Assembly: GCA_951406725.2 (NCBI GenBank)
Contig: OX597820.1
Span: forward strand, 96,224,001 to 96,288,000
Direction of reading: 5' to 3'
DNA from: Octopus vulgaris
Lineage: Eukaryota
DNA length: 64,000 nt
Of the stretch, positions 42,463 through 55,464 are shown piece by piece. Position 1 is the stretch's first letter; the number at the start of each line of letters is the position of its first letter. A model generated the notes under the pieces. The model saw only the letters and a program-made list of their open reading frames with translations, was not told the origin of the DNA and searched no databases. The translations under genes were made by a program, and so were the position numbers.

Positions 42463-43547
42463 CGAGGGGAAGTAAACAATTACTTTCGCCATAGCATATC
42501 TTTATTATAGTCACACTGCCTTCTACACATGAGTATTTATAGTTGTTATTATTGTGGTCACGTGATCGAAATTTGAGCCCGATCGCGCCACTTTTCTTTC
42601 TGGCTTTACAGTGTAAGTGTAGTGACGCTACTGTGGAAGTTTCAGCGCGCATGCGCAGAATTGGATTACTTCCGATATGGCCGCCGGAAGTTCCACATGC
42701 GTATGCGCAGGAACTCAACCTGAAAGCATCTCCGCTAAATCTGCCTTTTTGGAAGAGCAGCCCTAACGAGCGGATGTAGCTAAAACTTCTCTCAGGGAAA
42801 ACCCTATGCACAGAGAAGCTCTCTCTTCGAAGCGGGAACGAACACTGTATCTTCTTGGCTACCGGAATTGGCTGCCGGTTCGCCCTTAAGAAATATATAT
42901 GTATACATTTTACCTGTGAACCCAAAGAATAAAGCACTGTTTATTGTTATTGAAGACAGCCGGATTTTTGGTTCCTTTTCTTCGACTTGTATGTGACAAG
43001 ATAAGACCAGACAACCCTCAAGTGTTCCTGAAACTCTCATGCGTGCTCCACTAGCAATGTCCACCAAAGAAGATCGAAGAGCAGTGATCCAAGAGTTGGT
43101 AATGGTGAACCGGATCACCACTACCATCTCTCAGTTTGTTGAATTTTCTCATCAGTGGTGGAGGTTGACAGGCGTCCTTCGCCCTCTTCATGCGTCACGC
43201 TTGTCCGGCCATTTTAAACTTCTCAATCCACTCATATACACATGTACGCGGTAGTAATGCACTGTCTCCGTATTGTACTAAAAGCCTCCGAAGAATTTCG
43301 GCACCTGACACACCTTACGACCAGAGAAATTGGACCACTGTTTTTTTTTTGTTTTTCTTTGGTGCTCATTGCTAGTAGAGCGACCATGCTTATACGGTAA
43401 GGCCAGAAAGAAAAATTGCGCAATCAGGCGCAAACTTCAATCACATAACCACAATTGCACCAACTATAAGCACGCATGCGTAAAATGTAGCGTGCCAATA
43501 AAAAATAAATGTTATGGGGAACGTGCGGATAATTTTTGAATTCTCAT

Positions 43548-43548
<1 letters not shown>
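42463..43548. mobile_element. Two related mariner 5' ends in inverted (converging) arrangement
   Basis: TACGAGGGGAAGTAAACAATTA at 42461 (+) and GAATTCAAAAATTATCCGCAC near 43545 (-) share a 5' UTR and a CTAGCAATG..CACCAAAGAA start region; HTH SGAEILRRLLVQYGD on the minus strand. Confidence 0.7.
42632..43039 (+). mobile_element. Candidate solo LTR inserted in a mariner 5' UTR
   Basis: TG...CA ends, AGTTTCAG/CTGAAACT terminal inverted repeat, AATAAA near 42928 and a GC-rich 5' part; no TSD found. Confidence 0.5.
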
Positions 43549-43578
<30 letters not shown>

Positions 43579-43589
43579 TATATATATAT

Positions 43590-44313
43590 TCAGAGTATAT
43601 TCAGATGGGTAAATTGTCGCCAATTTATAATTTTTATTTCGCACAAAGCATGCGCATTGCATTTATTCGGTTTTGCCGACTAGACAGTATTGTAGGGTCA
43701 GTCGGGCACTGTTTGTGAGAAAAACCGTACCATGACGCAATTCATTCTGCCAGAGAGTTGTGGAAACGATTTGTTGTACTGTTTGGCATTCGCGCCAAAA
43801 GCTCCAATACGAACATTTCAGAGTGTTTTGGTGTCAATCTGAGAACAGTGCAATTTCAGGACATGTGCTGAGAATGATAAAACTCAAATATCCAGTCAAC
43901 ATCATAGTATTTTGAGTGATCATTAGCGATGGCGACGTTATGCCTCCATTCATCTTCCCACATGGCCTCACACTCGACATGCAGGCCTACATCAAGTGCC
44001 TGGAGGAGGTAGTGCTGCCCTAGGTCAAGAGGGTGGCTACTGGAAGGCCCTATGTCTGGCAACAGGATTGCATCATGCTTCACAAGCAGGATAACCCAGT
44101 CATGGCTGTCAGATAATTTCTGCGACCACATAACTTCTAACATCTGGCCACCTAGCTCCCCAAACTGCAACCTCTTTATTATTATATGTGGGGCGCAGTT
44201 GCGCGAGCGACCAACGAAACTCCTTGTAACACCAAAGATTAACTGAAGGCAAGAATTATGGCAGCATTCACCATCTTAAACAAGGAGACCGTCCCTAAGA
44301 GTTGCAGGAGGTT
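43590..44313 (+). mobile_element. maT/DD37D-type transposon remnant
   Basis: SDGDVMPPFIFPHGL, YVWQQD and IWPPSSPNCN..YYMWG motifs; internal deletion. Confidence 0.8.
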
Positions 44314-46574
44314 TTGCCTTCCCCTCGTCTTCTGTTATCATGCCAAAGAACGACTAAATTTCTGCCTTTTCAAGCGAAATGATTTCCTGTTGCCTTCCCA
44401 CAACGAAGGCATTTTTTTATACACTAGTGTTTCTTCTAAAGGAGGCTTCTTTGTACTTTTTAAGCAAAATTTCCAACACAGGAGCAAAAATAGTCACACA
44501 GAAAGTTCAAAATCCTCTCCCCTTAGGGGAGGATAAAATTTCAACAGTGGTGTGTTTTTTTTTTTTAAAAACCTTTCAACCAACAGAAAACAAACCAACA
44601 AAGCGTGCAAGCAGGTAACAAAATTTAAACAAGATATTATATCTTATTTCGTTTAGTGTCATCCCACTGTGTTTTTACTTAAATTTAAACGACCTAAGAT
44701 ATTTCTTCTCCCTCCAGCAAAATCAATTTAATAATCAACAGTAATATAGCTAATTCAATTTAATGGACTTCATACCTTTGCCTTGAAAGATTGGCCCTGT
44801 GCCTAGTCTCAAGAAACCAGTAGCTATTATTGTAAATGTATGATTGTCTATAGAGAATTCTTATTTCATTTCTTTACAATGGAATCGTCGTATTTTATGA
44901 CTTGAATACATACATACATACATACATACATACATACATACATACATACATACATACATACATACATACATACATACATACATAAACAAATACAGACATA
45001 CATGCATACGCACACATGCATACGCACATATGCATACGCACATACATATGCATAAATTGTTTCTTCCTTTCTAAAATATGAACACAAAGCCAAATTTTAC
45101 CACAGGCATCTTAAACTGTTTAACCCTAGTCCGTTCCTTCTCCTCTCTCCTCCACAATACACATCCTGGTTTTACCGTTATTTCATTATTTCTTCATTGC
45201 TGTTAATGCACTGATTCACTGAGACAAATATATTTGACACTATTAATCTTTTAAAGTTCATCCAATCGTATTAATCATTGTAAAAGTAATTTTCATAAAG
45301 TTCAAAAGGTGAGGTTTCTATTTTGACGTCTTACTATATTTCCAAATCTGAGGGCAATTATTTGACGACATGATAGAACACTGGCAGTTCAAATGTTGCT
45401 AAAAGTCTTCCCTGTGAAACTTAGCTTCTAGTATACGTGTTAATTGTCTAAGTTTCTATTCTAATAATAGTTTAGAAGTAGTAAGAATAAATATTCCCTG
45501 CACGTTGAGACTTTTAATACATACTGATTGGCAGGCATACAGATAAGAGCATTGATCTCAGCTTTACTTTCGTTCCTTTTTCAATGAAATTTAAATAGGA
45601 GTTTGTCCCCAGCTATTTTGTTTCTATCGAGGTAGTTCATATATAAGCATTTGCGTGTTTTGCAGCTGTCATGTTCTATGTGTAGTTCCTTATTGCTACA
45701 TTTATATCTCAGAAACGGGTAACGATATAGTTTGAATATTTTAAAGCTATATTGGGTCGTAAATGTCACAATAAAAATTTTAAGACCTTTAAGTTTTTCA
45801 ACCATTTCTTCTGTATCAATCATACTGTATGTTATCAATGTATCTTGTGTAGATGGTATAGTTATATTGGGTATGGTTTTGTTTTCCATGTTGGCCACTT
45901 AAGATGTGAATTTTGGTTTAAGTGGAGAATTCATATCCATTTCATTTTTCTAGGAGTTATCATATTCTGGACAGGAAACCTAATTTATACAAGTTTATTG
46001 AGACTTTTCATGATGCGGTTTCATACATAACGTGTGAACACATTATCCAATATTTTAATTATAGTTTCTATTACTGGAATGTTTTAAGTACAAATAGATA
46101 TATCAAATTTATACAAATATTCTGTAGTTATAAACATAATTATAATCAGGGGTCAGCTAATTCCTTCGCCACGCACCGATTTTTTTTAAAAAGCATGTTA
46201 CTGTCTGGGAGATATTTATGGTCGTAGAAAAGGCATTTAACTCCTATTTCTAAATTCGGTACGTGGCAAAGCAATTAGCTGACCCTTGATTATAATTATG
46301 TTTATAATTTTAGAATATTTATAATTTTACCTAAAAAGTTTATCATAACGTACCGAACTACTTCATAAAATTATTGATTATTAATTAATTAATTGATTAA
46401 TAAATTAATATATTTTACACTTTTATTATTATTGAAATTATAATTTACTCCCTGATCGAAAAGGAGAGAGAAGTGTTAACGACCTGCGGTTAGGTGGGGA
46501 AGTAATAATTATTATGTAGTTAAAAAGTTAGCTGAAGGGATAGATAGAGAGAGATGCGTAGGAGAAGCAGTTAT

Positions 46575-46609
<35 letters not shown>

Positions 46610-47503
46610 AGACAGGTAGACAGTGGTGGTGGTATGTTGATAACGAAAAGCATTTCTTTTTATTGAACAATTTTTTTTCTATAGCGACTATTACTTAAAG
46701 CGATTATTGTTTATAGCGACCGTTGCTTAAAAATATGGGCAATTATTTATCGTCTACTCGCTTAAAAATTAATTTAGCCTAAACTCTGGATTCACAAGAA
46801 ACACGGTGCAAGCTGCCCGAGAAAGGATGTACAGATATAGAGCACGGATCAGAAAAGAATACCGAGAAAATATAATATAAAGAGAAAACGAAATGCCAGC
46901 ACTGATGGAGATGTGAGGAAATGAATGTAGACGAACGTCAAGAATATTTAAAGAAATTTAAAATATGAATGCTATAAAAATTCAAATCATTCTTGCTTTT
47001 TTAAATAGGTCCTTTTAATTTTTTCCATTCCGTGGAATTTCCACTGGTCCCACTAGTTTTAGATAATCTAGAACTTAACTTTAATGTATATTTGATATCC
47101 ACAGTTATTTCATTCATTAGATGTTCACATGTTTGTCATCGCTTGTGTTTTTAAAATTTTTATATTTTATCTTTTATTTTACAATTATTTCTTTTTGTAT
47201 AGGTTGATTTTGACATTGTATATTATTATTTTTATTATTATTATATTTGGCTGTGATTTCTAGAAATATACGACTCACATCAAACACCTGTCATATTTTC
47301 ATTTTATTTTTCTTATATGAAATTGTAAAATAAAAGATAAAATATAAAAATTTTAAAAACACAAGCGATAACAAACATGTGGACATCTAATGAATGAAAT
47401 AACTGTGGATATCTTTGATATACACACCCATTTCAGTAATTTAGTGTGTATATATTCGAAATATAACTAATTTGTTTTCTGCTATTCTTTAATATATATA
47501 TAC

Positions 47504-47562
<59 letters not shown>

Positions 47563-47566
<4 letters not shown>

Positions 47567-49412
47567 TTGTTTTACAAGAAATGTCGCATTTTTAATTACT
47601 TGTTATTTCAGTCATTTGAAAATTCAATTATGTATACCTTGCATTTAATCTTGACTTCTTCTTTCCCAACAATATTGGTATACAAAACTCGTACCCACAT
47701 ACCTTATGAAAATGATAACAACCAAACTATGTGGAGTGATTTTCTGGAAAGAGTACAAACTGGATCACTCTGCTGCAGAAACTCTACGGAATATCAAGCG
47801 GGTCTTTGGTGATTTTTTTTTTCATTAGAACTCTTCAGAGATGGTCCCAGAGCTCTCGTTCAGGAGATGATAGCCTTGAAAGCAAACCAAGGGGTAGGCC
47901 AAACTCAGTTATTTGCCATGATGGATTAAATGCTTTGGTTGAACAAAATCCGAGAACAAAGGCTCGAAAACTTTCATCAGAATTCCAAACTTCTCGCACA
48001 ACTATTTTGAACACCTGTAAAAAATTGGAAATATCAAGAAAACGGATAGGTTTGTTCCACACCAACTTAACGAGAGTAAAAACATAGGCCTCGAAGTGTG
48101 ATACTTAGTGCTTTCTCGACTAGAAAAAGACAATTTTTTGCATCAAATCATTATTTGTGATGAGAAATGGATACTCTCTGACAACAGCAGGAGAACAAGA
48201 CAGTGAACCGGATCACCACTACCATATCTCAGTTTGTTGAATTTTCTCATCTGTGGTGGAGGTTGACAGGCGTCCTTTGCCCTCTTCGTGCGCCACGCTT
48301 GTCCGGCCATTTTAAACTTCTTGATCCACTCATACACACTTATACGCGGTAGTGCACTGTCTCCGTATTGTACTAAAAGCCTCCGAAGAATTTCGGCACC
48401 TGACACACCTTACGACCAGAGAAATTGGATCACTGTTTTTGTTCTTTTTTTTTTTTGTTCTTTGGTGCTCATTGCTAGTGGAGCGGCCATGCATATACGG
48501 TAAATCCAGAAAGAAAAATTGCGCAAACTTCAATCACATGACCACAATAGCACCAACTATAAGCACGCATGCGTAAAATGTAGTGTGCCAATAATAAATA
48601 AATGGGGAACGTGCGGATAATTTTTGAATTTTCATGTGCATATATATATATATATATTCAGGGTTTGATGGATAAATCGTCGCCAATTTATATTTTTATT
48701 TCGCACAAAGCATGCGCATTGCATTTATTCGGTTTTGTCGACTAGACAGTATTGTAGGGTCAGTCGGACACTGTTTGTGAGAAAAGCAGTACTATGACGC
48801 AATTCATTCTGCCAGAGAGTTGGAAACGATTCTCCTAAACATTACCTAAGCCCACCATTGCACCCTAAAAAGTTAGTGGTCACTGTATGGTGATTTTATG
48901 GTGATTTGAGTTATTCATTATTCATTTTTACAACAAGCAAAAACGGTAACAGCAACATCGTATTGCCAGGAAATTGATTGTATGCATGAGAATTTGAAAA
49001 AGAAGCATCCCATTCAAGTGAATAGAGATAACCCAATTTTGCTCTACAATAATGCACGTCCTCACAAGCTAGGGTTCAAAAGTTGCAAAGTCTGACTTTA
49101 TGAGATTTTGCAACATACTCCATATTCTCCTGACATCTCTCATACTGATCAACACTGATTTAAGCATTTTCAGCTTTTCATAGGCAATAAAAGATTAAAG
49201 ATTCTTAACTAGAGAAGAGGTGATTGAAGCATTCGGATAGTTTATCACAGCAAAGGATGAATTTGCTTTTAAAGATGAAATATATGACATAGAGAAACGT
49301 TGGGAAAACGTCATAAATGAACACGGATCAAAATTTGATTAAATCAGTTCTCTAACACTTCTGAAACATTTTATTGTTACCTGTCAATTACATTTCATGT
49401 CAAACAACTTAA
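47563..49412 (+). mobile_element. Mariner (SETMAR-like DD34D) with a ~630-bp foreign insertion
   Basis: TIRs TAGGTTGTTTTACAAGAAATGT and ACATTTCATGTCAAACAACTTAA; motifs LESKPRGRP, FVPHQL, CDEKW, LHPKK, NARPH and PYSPDIS. Confidence 0.88.
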
Positions 49413-49457
49413 TATATATACAAATACACACACACACACACATCTATATATATATAC

Positions 49458-49547
<90 letters not shown>

Positions 49548-49937
49548 GTGTGTGTGTATTTGTATATATATATATAGTTGTTTGACATGGAATGTCGTAA
49601 TTGACAGGTGTCCTGTTATTATTATTATTATTATTGCATTTTATATATATATTCATGTAACATCGTCTGTTTTTCCGTCCTTGTGTTTATATACATTCGA
49701 TGCTTTCTTCCAAGGAATCTAATGCTCTTAGTTTAGTTTTTCCTTGGGGCTGGCCAGATTGGAGCAATGAAAGTCAAGATTAATCAGCCGAAATTGCGAG
49801 GATGATCCGGTTCTTGACTGAGGATACAAAGCTTCGAATGACCCGTCCATATTTTTTGTATCGTCTATCTGGATGTTTTGTTGTCCCTTTTTGTATCACC
49901 TAGTTGTCCGGATATTTTGCGTTCTTGTCCCATTTTG

Positions 49938-49991
<54 letters not shown>

Positions 49992-50153
49992 GAATATACT
50001 TTCAGCAAAAACAATTAAGATTCAAGTGAATTCCAATGAATTCAAATGAATATGGTACTTAACTTAGATGCACCAGAATTGTTTATGGTATTAACCATAA
50101 AATAATGTGGGGTGATTATAACCTAGAAAAAAGCAACAAGAATGGATTAGTAG

Positions 50154-50242
50154 TTTAGTACAATTGTTTCATACCAAGAACAATTTTATTTAAAGCTGCA
50201 AGTATTGCAGCAAATACAAATGTCCAGTATTCATCAGCTAAA
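50154..50242 (-). ncRNA. Minimal hammerhead ribozyme with long helix II
   Basis: TTTAG-CTGATGA-ATAC...GTAT-GAAA-CAATTG-TA-CTAAA; the host repeat (~49995-50300) is homologous to 54500-54800. Confidence 0.8.
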
Positions 50243-50707
50243 TCACATATATGTTTTCCAGACATCCTAGAGAGTGTGTCTATCCTCATGAAGTATTAGG
50301 AGTGAGTTCTATGAAATTTAAAGCCAAATCATAACCAGACTCAACTTGCTTTCTAATGATGCACAGTTTTATTAAATTTTTTTAAAATGGTTAACTTCCC
50401 AGACAAGGTGAATCCATCCATAAAAATGCAGATATAATTTCCGGAGACATGAGGAAAGCTGTTGATCACACAGCGGTTCATTTCACAACTAAACTGTTGC
50501 AAACAGAATTTGTTGTAGTAGAAAGAAAGTCAGCGAAGCAGATTCAGTCCAAATAAAGGACATTATGGGAGGAAGGGAGTAGGGGAGTAAGAAGGCATAG
50601 ATATACCACAGAAAAGGGTAGTTATAAACTAACCTTTCTTGGTTATATACGAATATATATATACAAATATATATATATGTACATACAATTATATATATAT
50701 ATATATA

Positions 50708-50769
<62 letters not shown>

Positions 50770-50789
50770 CGCAGGAGTGGCTATATATA

Positions 50790-50855
<66 letters not shown>

Positions 50856-50857
<2 letters not shown>

Positions 50858-51011
50858 CGCAGGAGTAGCTTGCTTACCAACCATACGGTTCCGGGTTCAG
50901 TCCCACTGCGTGGCATCTTGGGCAAGTGTTTTCTACTATAGCCCCGGGCCGACCAATGCCTTGTGAGTGGATTTGGTAGACGGAAACTGAAAGAAGCCTG
51001 TCGTATATATG

Positions 51012-51076
<65 letters not shown>

Positions 51077-51238
51077 ATGTTTGTCCCCCCACCGTCACTT
51101 AGCGGTTCGGCAAAAGAGACCGATAGAATAAGTACTGGGCTTACAAAGAATAAGTCCCGGGGTTGATTTGCTCGACTAAAGGTGGTGCTCCAGCATGGCC
51201 GCAGTCAAATGACTGAAACAAGTAAAAGAGTAAAATAG
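50856..51238 (+). mobile_element. SINE family A
   Basis: Collinear with 15301; head fragment duplicated at 50768-50782. Confidence 0.88.
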
Positions 51239-51479
51239 TATATATATATATATATGTGTATGTATGCTATATCTTCAATTTACAGACTACTATCCCCACG
51301 GACTTAACACAACCCCCTCCTCCTAGTGAGTGCCTCTACACCTCCCGCAACATGTAACTTAATTTCTTTCATTTTTCATTCCTTACTTGTAATTGTGTCT
51401 TTTATATTGGATTGACTTCCTTATATTTTATTGTTTTTATAATTTTTTTTTATTGTTTATAATTTATTGTTTTTATTTC

Positions 51480-52515
51480 TATATACACGCACACATGCAT
51501 ACACATACGTATCCACGAACGTACATATACCTCCCACACACCACACACGTACAACATACATACATGCACATATACACACGCATACTTCCACACACATACA
51601 CATACGCATACATACACATATACACACACCCACATACACCCACGTGCTCACACACATATGCGCGTACACACACGTGCACAAACGTATACACACACATACA
51701 CACGCACGGGAATGCACAGATACCTATCCCACATAACCCCACGCACACACAGAGACACACATACCTTTAGACACACATCTCCACGTTCACACACACATAT
51801 ACACACGCACGCGCATACACACATGCACACGCGCACATACACACACACACGCACATATACACACGTACATACATACGCACATAATACACGCACACACATA
51901 TACATACGCACACACTAGCACAGGTTCGCACATATAACTCCCACACACGCACACACATATAGACACAGACACACACACACAAACATGCGCGCACATACGA
52001 CACACACGCACACATAAATGAACCCACATATACCTCCCATGCACACATCACACATACATACACGCGCACAATTATACATACATGTATACACACATACGCA
52101 CATACAAGCACATACGCACACATGTACAAAGTAAAGCACAGTTATTCCCCCACATAAAACCCCTACACATACACACACGAACACACGCATACATACATAT
52201 ACACACACACACTGCAAACAAAACACACACACACAATACATATACATCCACGCACACACACATTCTTCAAACTACCAGTACATTCCACTGACCATTCTCC
52301 TACGCACATGGGTAGGTAGAGACACAGCACGAGCCACTCCTATCATTCTTCGTATGACCTTAAACGATACTAAGCCCAACCACACACATAGATTAACAGC
52401 CACAATCACACACACACACACACAGAGACACACGTGCTATCATTACACACACACACACATACATACACACACAAACCTGCGCGCACGCACATACCTTAAC
52501 ATACACACACATACC
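51480..52515. repeat. ~1-kb degenerate (CA)-rich low-complexity tract
   Basis: Seen directly. Confidence 0.9.
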
Positions 52516-52655
52516 TCCTTCTCTTGCTCTCTCCTGTCTTTGAAATAACTTTTTCTTCACCCATTCCCTTCCGGTCATTCAATATGTGACCGCGTTTATA
52601 TCGTTGGCGATTTTTTCCCTCCATCTTCCCTTCCTTGGATCTTTCCTTTTACTAT

Positions 52656-52690
52656 GTTTCTGACGAAGAACTCCGCTCGAAATGTTAAAT
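52656..52690 (+). ncRNA. Minimal hammerhead ribozyme (tandem unit 1)
   Basis: GTTT-CTGACGA-A-GAAC-TCC-GCTC-GAAA-TG-TT-AAAT. Confidence 0.65.
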
Positions 52691-52888
52691 CCTCCTTCTT
52701 TCTTTCCTTTCCTGAGCGTCCAATAAACACTATACTTGTTCCACGTCCTCGCGTTGTTGTGTTTTCATGTTTGGATTAACTACATATACAAATATATATA
52801 TATATATATTTTAGTATGTGACCTCGTATAGACTACCTGTAATTTTTTTCCTCTGTCCTTCCCATCTCGAGATGTTTCTTTCTCCTAT

Positions 52889-52923
52889 GTTTCCGACGAA
52901 GAGCTCCGCTCGAAACGTCAAAC
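52889..52923 (+). ncRNA. Minimal hammerhead ribozyme (tandem unit 2)
   Basis: GTTT-CCGACGA-A-GAGC-TCC-GCTC-GAAA-CG-TC-AAAC. Confidence 0.72.
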
Positions 52924-53014
52924 CCTCCTTCTTCCCTTCTTTCCTGAGCGTCTAATAATACTTTATTTGTTCCACATCCTTGCGTTGTTGTTTTTTGTTT
53001 TCTTGTTTGGATTA

Positions 53015-53079
<65 letters not shown>

Positions 53080-53718
53080 AAGTATTAATTTATAAAAATA
53101 TGGTAAAGTAAAAAAATTCGCACACCGAACTTTTCAGAAATAGCAGCCAAAAATTTGGCTATTTCTTCAACTGCAAGTAAAAGTCTCCAGACAATGCATA
53201 CTCAGAAAATAACTCACATAGGTATAAGGGAAAAACAATGAAAGATCACATCCATATAAGATACCCGAGAACAGCCTGTTTCTGGATTCGTGGGTTAAAC
53301 GCCACTTTTCCTTCATCAGCTCAGAGATTTCTTCTGATTTGGATTTGAAAATACCAAGAACCAAACATACCCATCCGATATCTGTAACATCGGACAAACT
53401 ATGCTGGACACCCAGTACTAGCGAATCCAAAAATACAAATGAGATCTATTATTCTCCCTGTCCACCCACGTGAGTCATAGAGTAGTGCATTTCTACAGGG
53501 GCAAAAACTGTAGTTCAAATTCTTGGAGAGAAAGCATTATATTGTCAGTAAAAAAGGGTAGAATTAATTAATTGTTAATCAATTCGACCAAGCAGTATTC
53601 GGTATGCAAAAGGACCATTTATATATATATATATATATATATACACATGCACATACACACACACACATATACATATATATATATAGATAGATAGATATAT
53701 ATATACACACACACATGC

Positions 53719-53749
<31 letters not shown>

Positions 53750-53800
53750 AATATATATATATATATATACGCGAGAATGAAGCAACAAGAATGGATAGGT

Positions 53801-53891
53801 TTTTAGTACAATCGTTTCATACAAGGACAGGTTTTATTAAAAGTTGCAAAAATTACAGCATATAAACGTGTCCCGTACTCATCAGCTAAAA
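53801..53891 (-). ncRNA. Hammerhead ribozyme (inverted copy)
   Basis: Reverse complement of 54563-54653. Confidence 0.82.
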
Positions 53892-54562
53892 TACATGTGA
53901 GTTCTCTAGACATCCTAGTGGTTGAGGCTATACTCATGAAGTAATGTAGATAATTAAGTAACATTATTTTCTCTCTTTTATTTTCTCTCTTTTATTTTCT
54001 CTCTTTTCTTCTATGCCCTTCCCTTTTCTATTCTATACAGCTCTAGTAAGCCCTTCAGCCTTTAAAAGTTAAATAGCTACAGCCTCTTGTAAATAGCAGT
54101 AATGTGATTAATGTGGCAAATACCTAATCATATAGCAAGAATTGATACCTACCTCATTGTGTTCAACCATTGATAAATTTATCGCCTGTGAATATGAAAT
54201 TCCTTGGAAATTTACACCTACACCATTGGAAATTGTGCATCTATACAAAGGATTAATTCACCCTCTCTGTAATGCTAATAAGCAGGAATTGAAACCCACC
54301 TCGTTGTAATTAACAATGGATAAATTTTTCTTCTGTGAGTATGTAATCCCTCATCATATCTCTGGAAATTCATATGTGCACTATGGATTAGGTCACCTTC
54401 TCTGTGATGCTATTAAGACTTTTTTAAAATTCTGTGATAAGACTGTACATCATCTTTAAAGAACTTTAATGAACTTTTGAAATCTGTTTATGTTACTTAA
54501 TTATCTACATTACTTCATGAGTATAGCCTCAACCACTAGGATGTCTAGAGAACTCACATGTA

Positions 54563-54653
54563 TTTTAGCTGATGAGTACGGGACACGTTTATATGCTGTA
54601 ATTTTTGCAACTTTTAATAAAACCTGTCCTTGTATGAAACGATTGTACTAAAA
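54563..54653 (+). ncRNA. Minimal type I hammerhead ribozyme with canonical core
   Basis: TTTTAG-CTGATGA-GTACGGGACA...TGTCCTTGTAT-GAAA-CGATTG-TA-CTAAAA. Confidence 0.85.
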
Positions 54654-54799
54654 ACCTATCCATTCTTGTTGCTTCATTCTCGCTTATAATCACCCCACAT
54701 TACTGTATTGTTAAATCAGTATAGTTTTTTTGGTGCATCTAAGTTAGGTACCATATTCAAGTAAATTCATTTAAATTAACTTGAATCTTTATTGCTTTT

Positions 54800-54843
<44 letters not shown>

Positions 54844-55264
54844 GGGAATAACAAAGTATTCCAGGTTATCAGGACATTTACTATTTTACACTTTTCTAAT
54901 GAAATGTAAACTGTATCATTTATAATATTATTACAAATTTACCCAATAGAATTGCAACTCCTATTTCAGGATAACCGTTTGCAACTCAGTATTTTCTGCT
55001 GAGTATTTGCATTCAGGTTCTTTCTACAAGCATAGTCTCCGTATTCTTTGCAATTATTTGGAATTTACACTCCTGATAATATTCATAATCACAGGAGGCG
55101 AACCTGCATTTACCTACTGGGAAAATTACAGCGGGATTGCACATACTAAGTGATCATTGATGTTTATTACTACTTGAATCGGTAAGCCGAAACCTAGAAC
55201 ATACCTGAGTTTTATTACGGTATCTGCCTCTGGATAATTTATACCTTACATATCTATATATCTA

Positions 55265-55326
<62 letters not shown>

Positions 55327-55415
55327 TTCAATTTGAAAACTCCACTAGAATGGACGAAAGCACTAATATATGATATATGATATATGCATGTATATATAAA
55401 CGTACACACATACAT

Positions 55416-55464
<49 letters not shown>

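Larger units (their letters stand above)
53771..54800 (+). mobile_element. Non-coding Penelope-derived element with a 194-bp inverted terminal copy and two opposed hammerheads
   Basis: 53771-53964 is the reverse complement of 54490-54683; no ORF; bounded by (TA)n tracts. Confidence 0.8.

Noticed and set aside
45581-45898. 105-aa minus-strand ORF (likewise 13426-13695 and 41709-41903)
   Set aside because: No recognisable homology; better explained as antisense shadows of the + strand receptor remnants.
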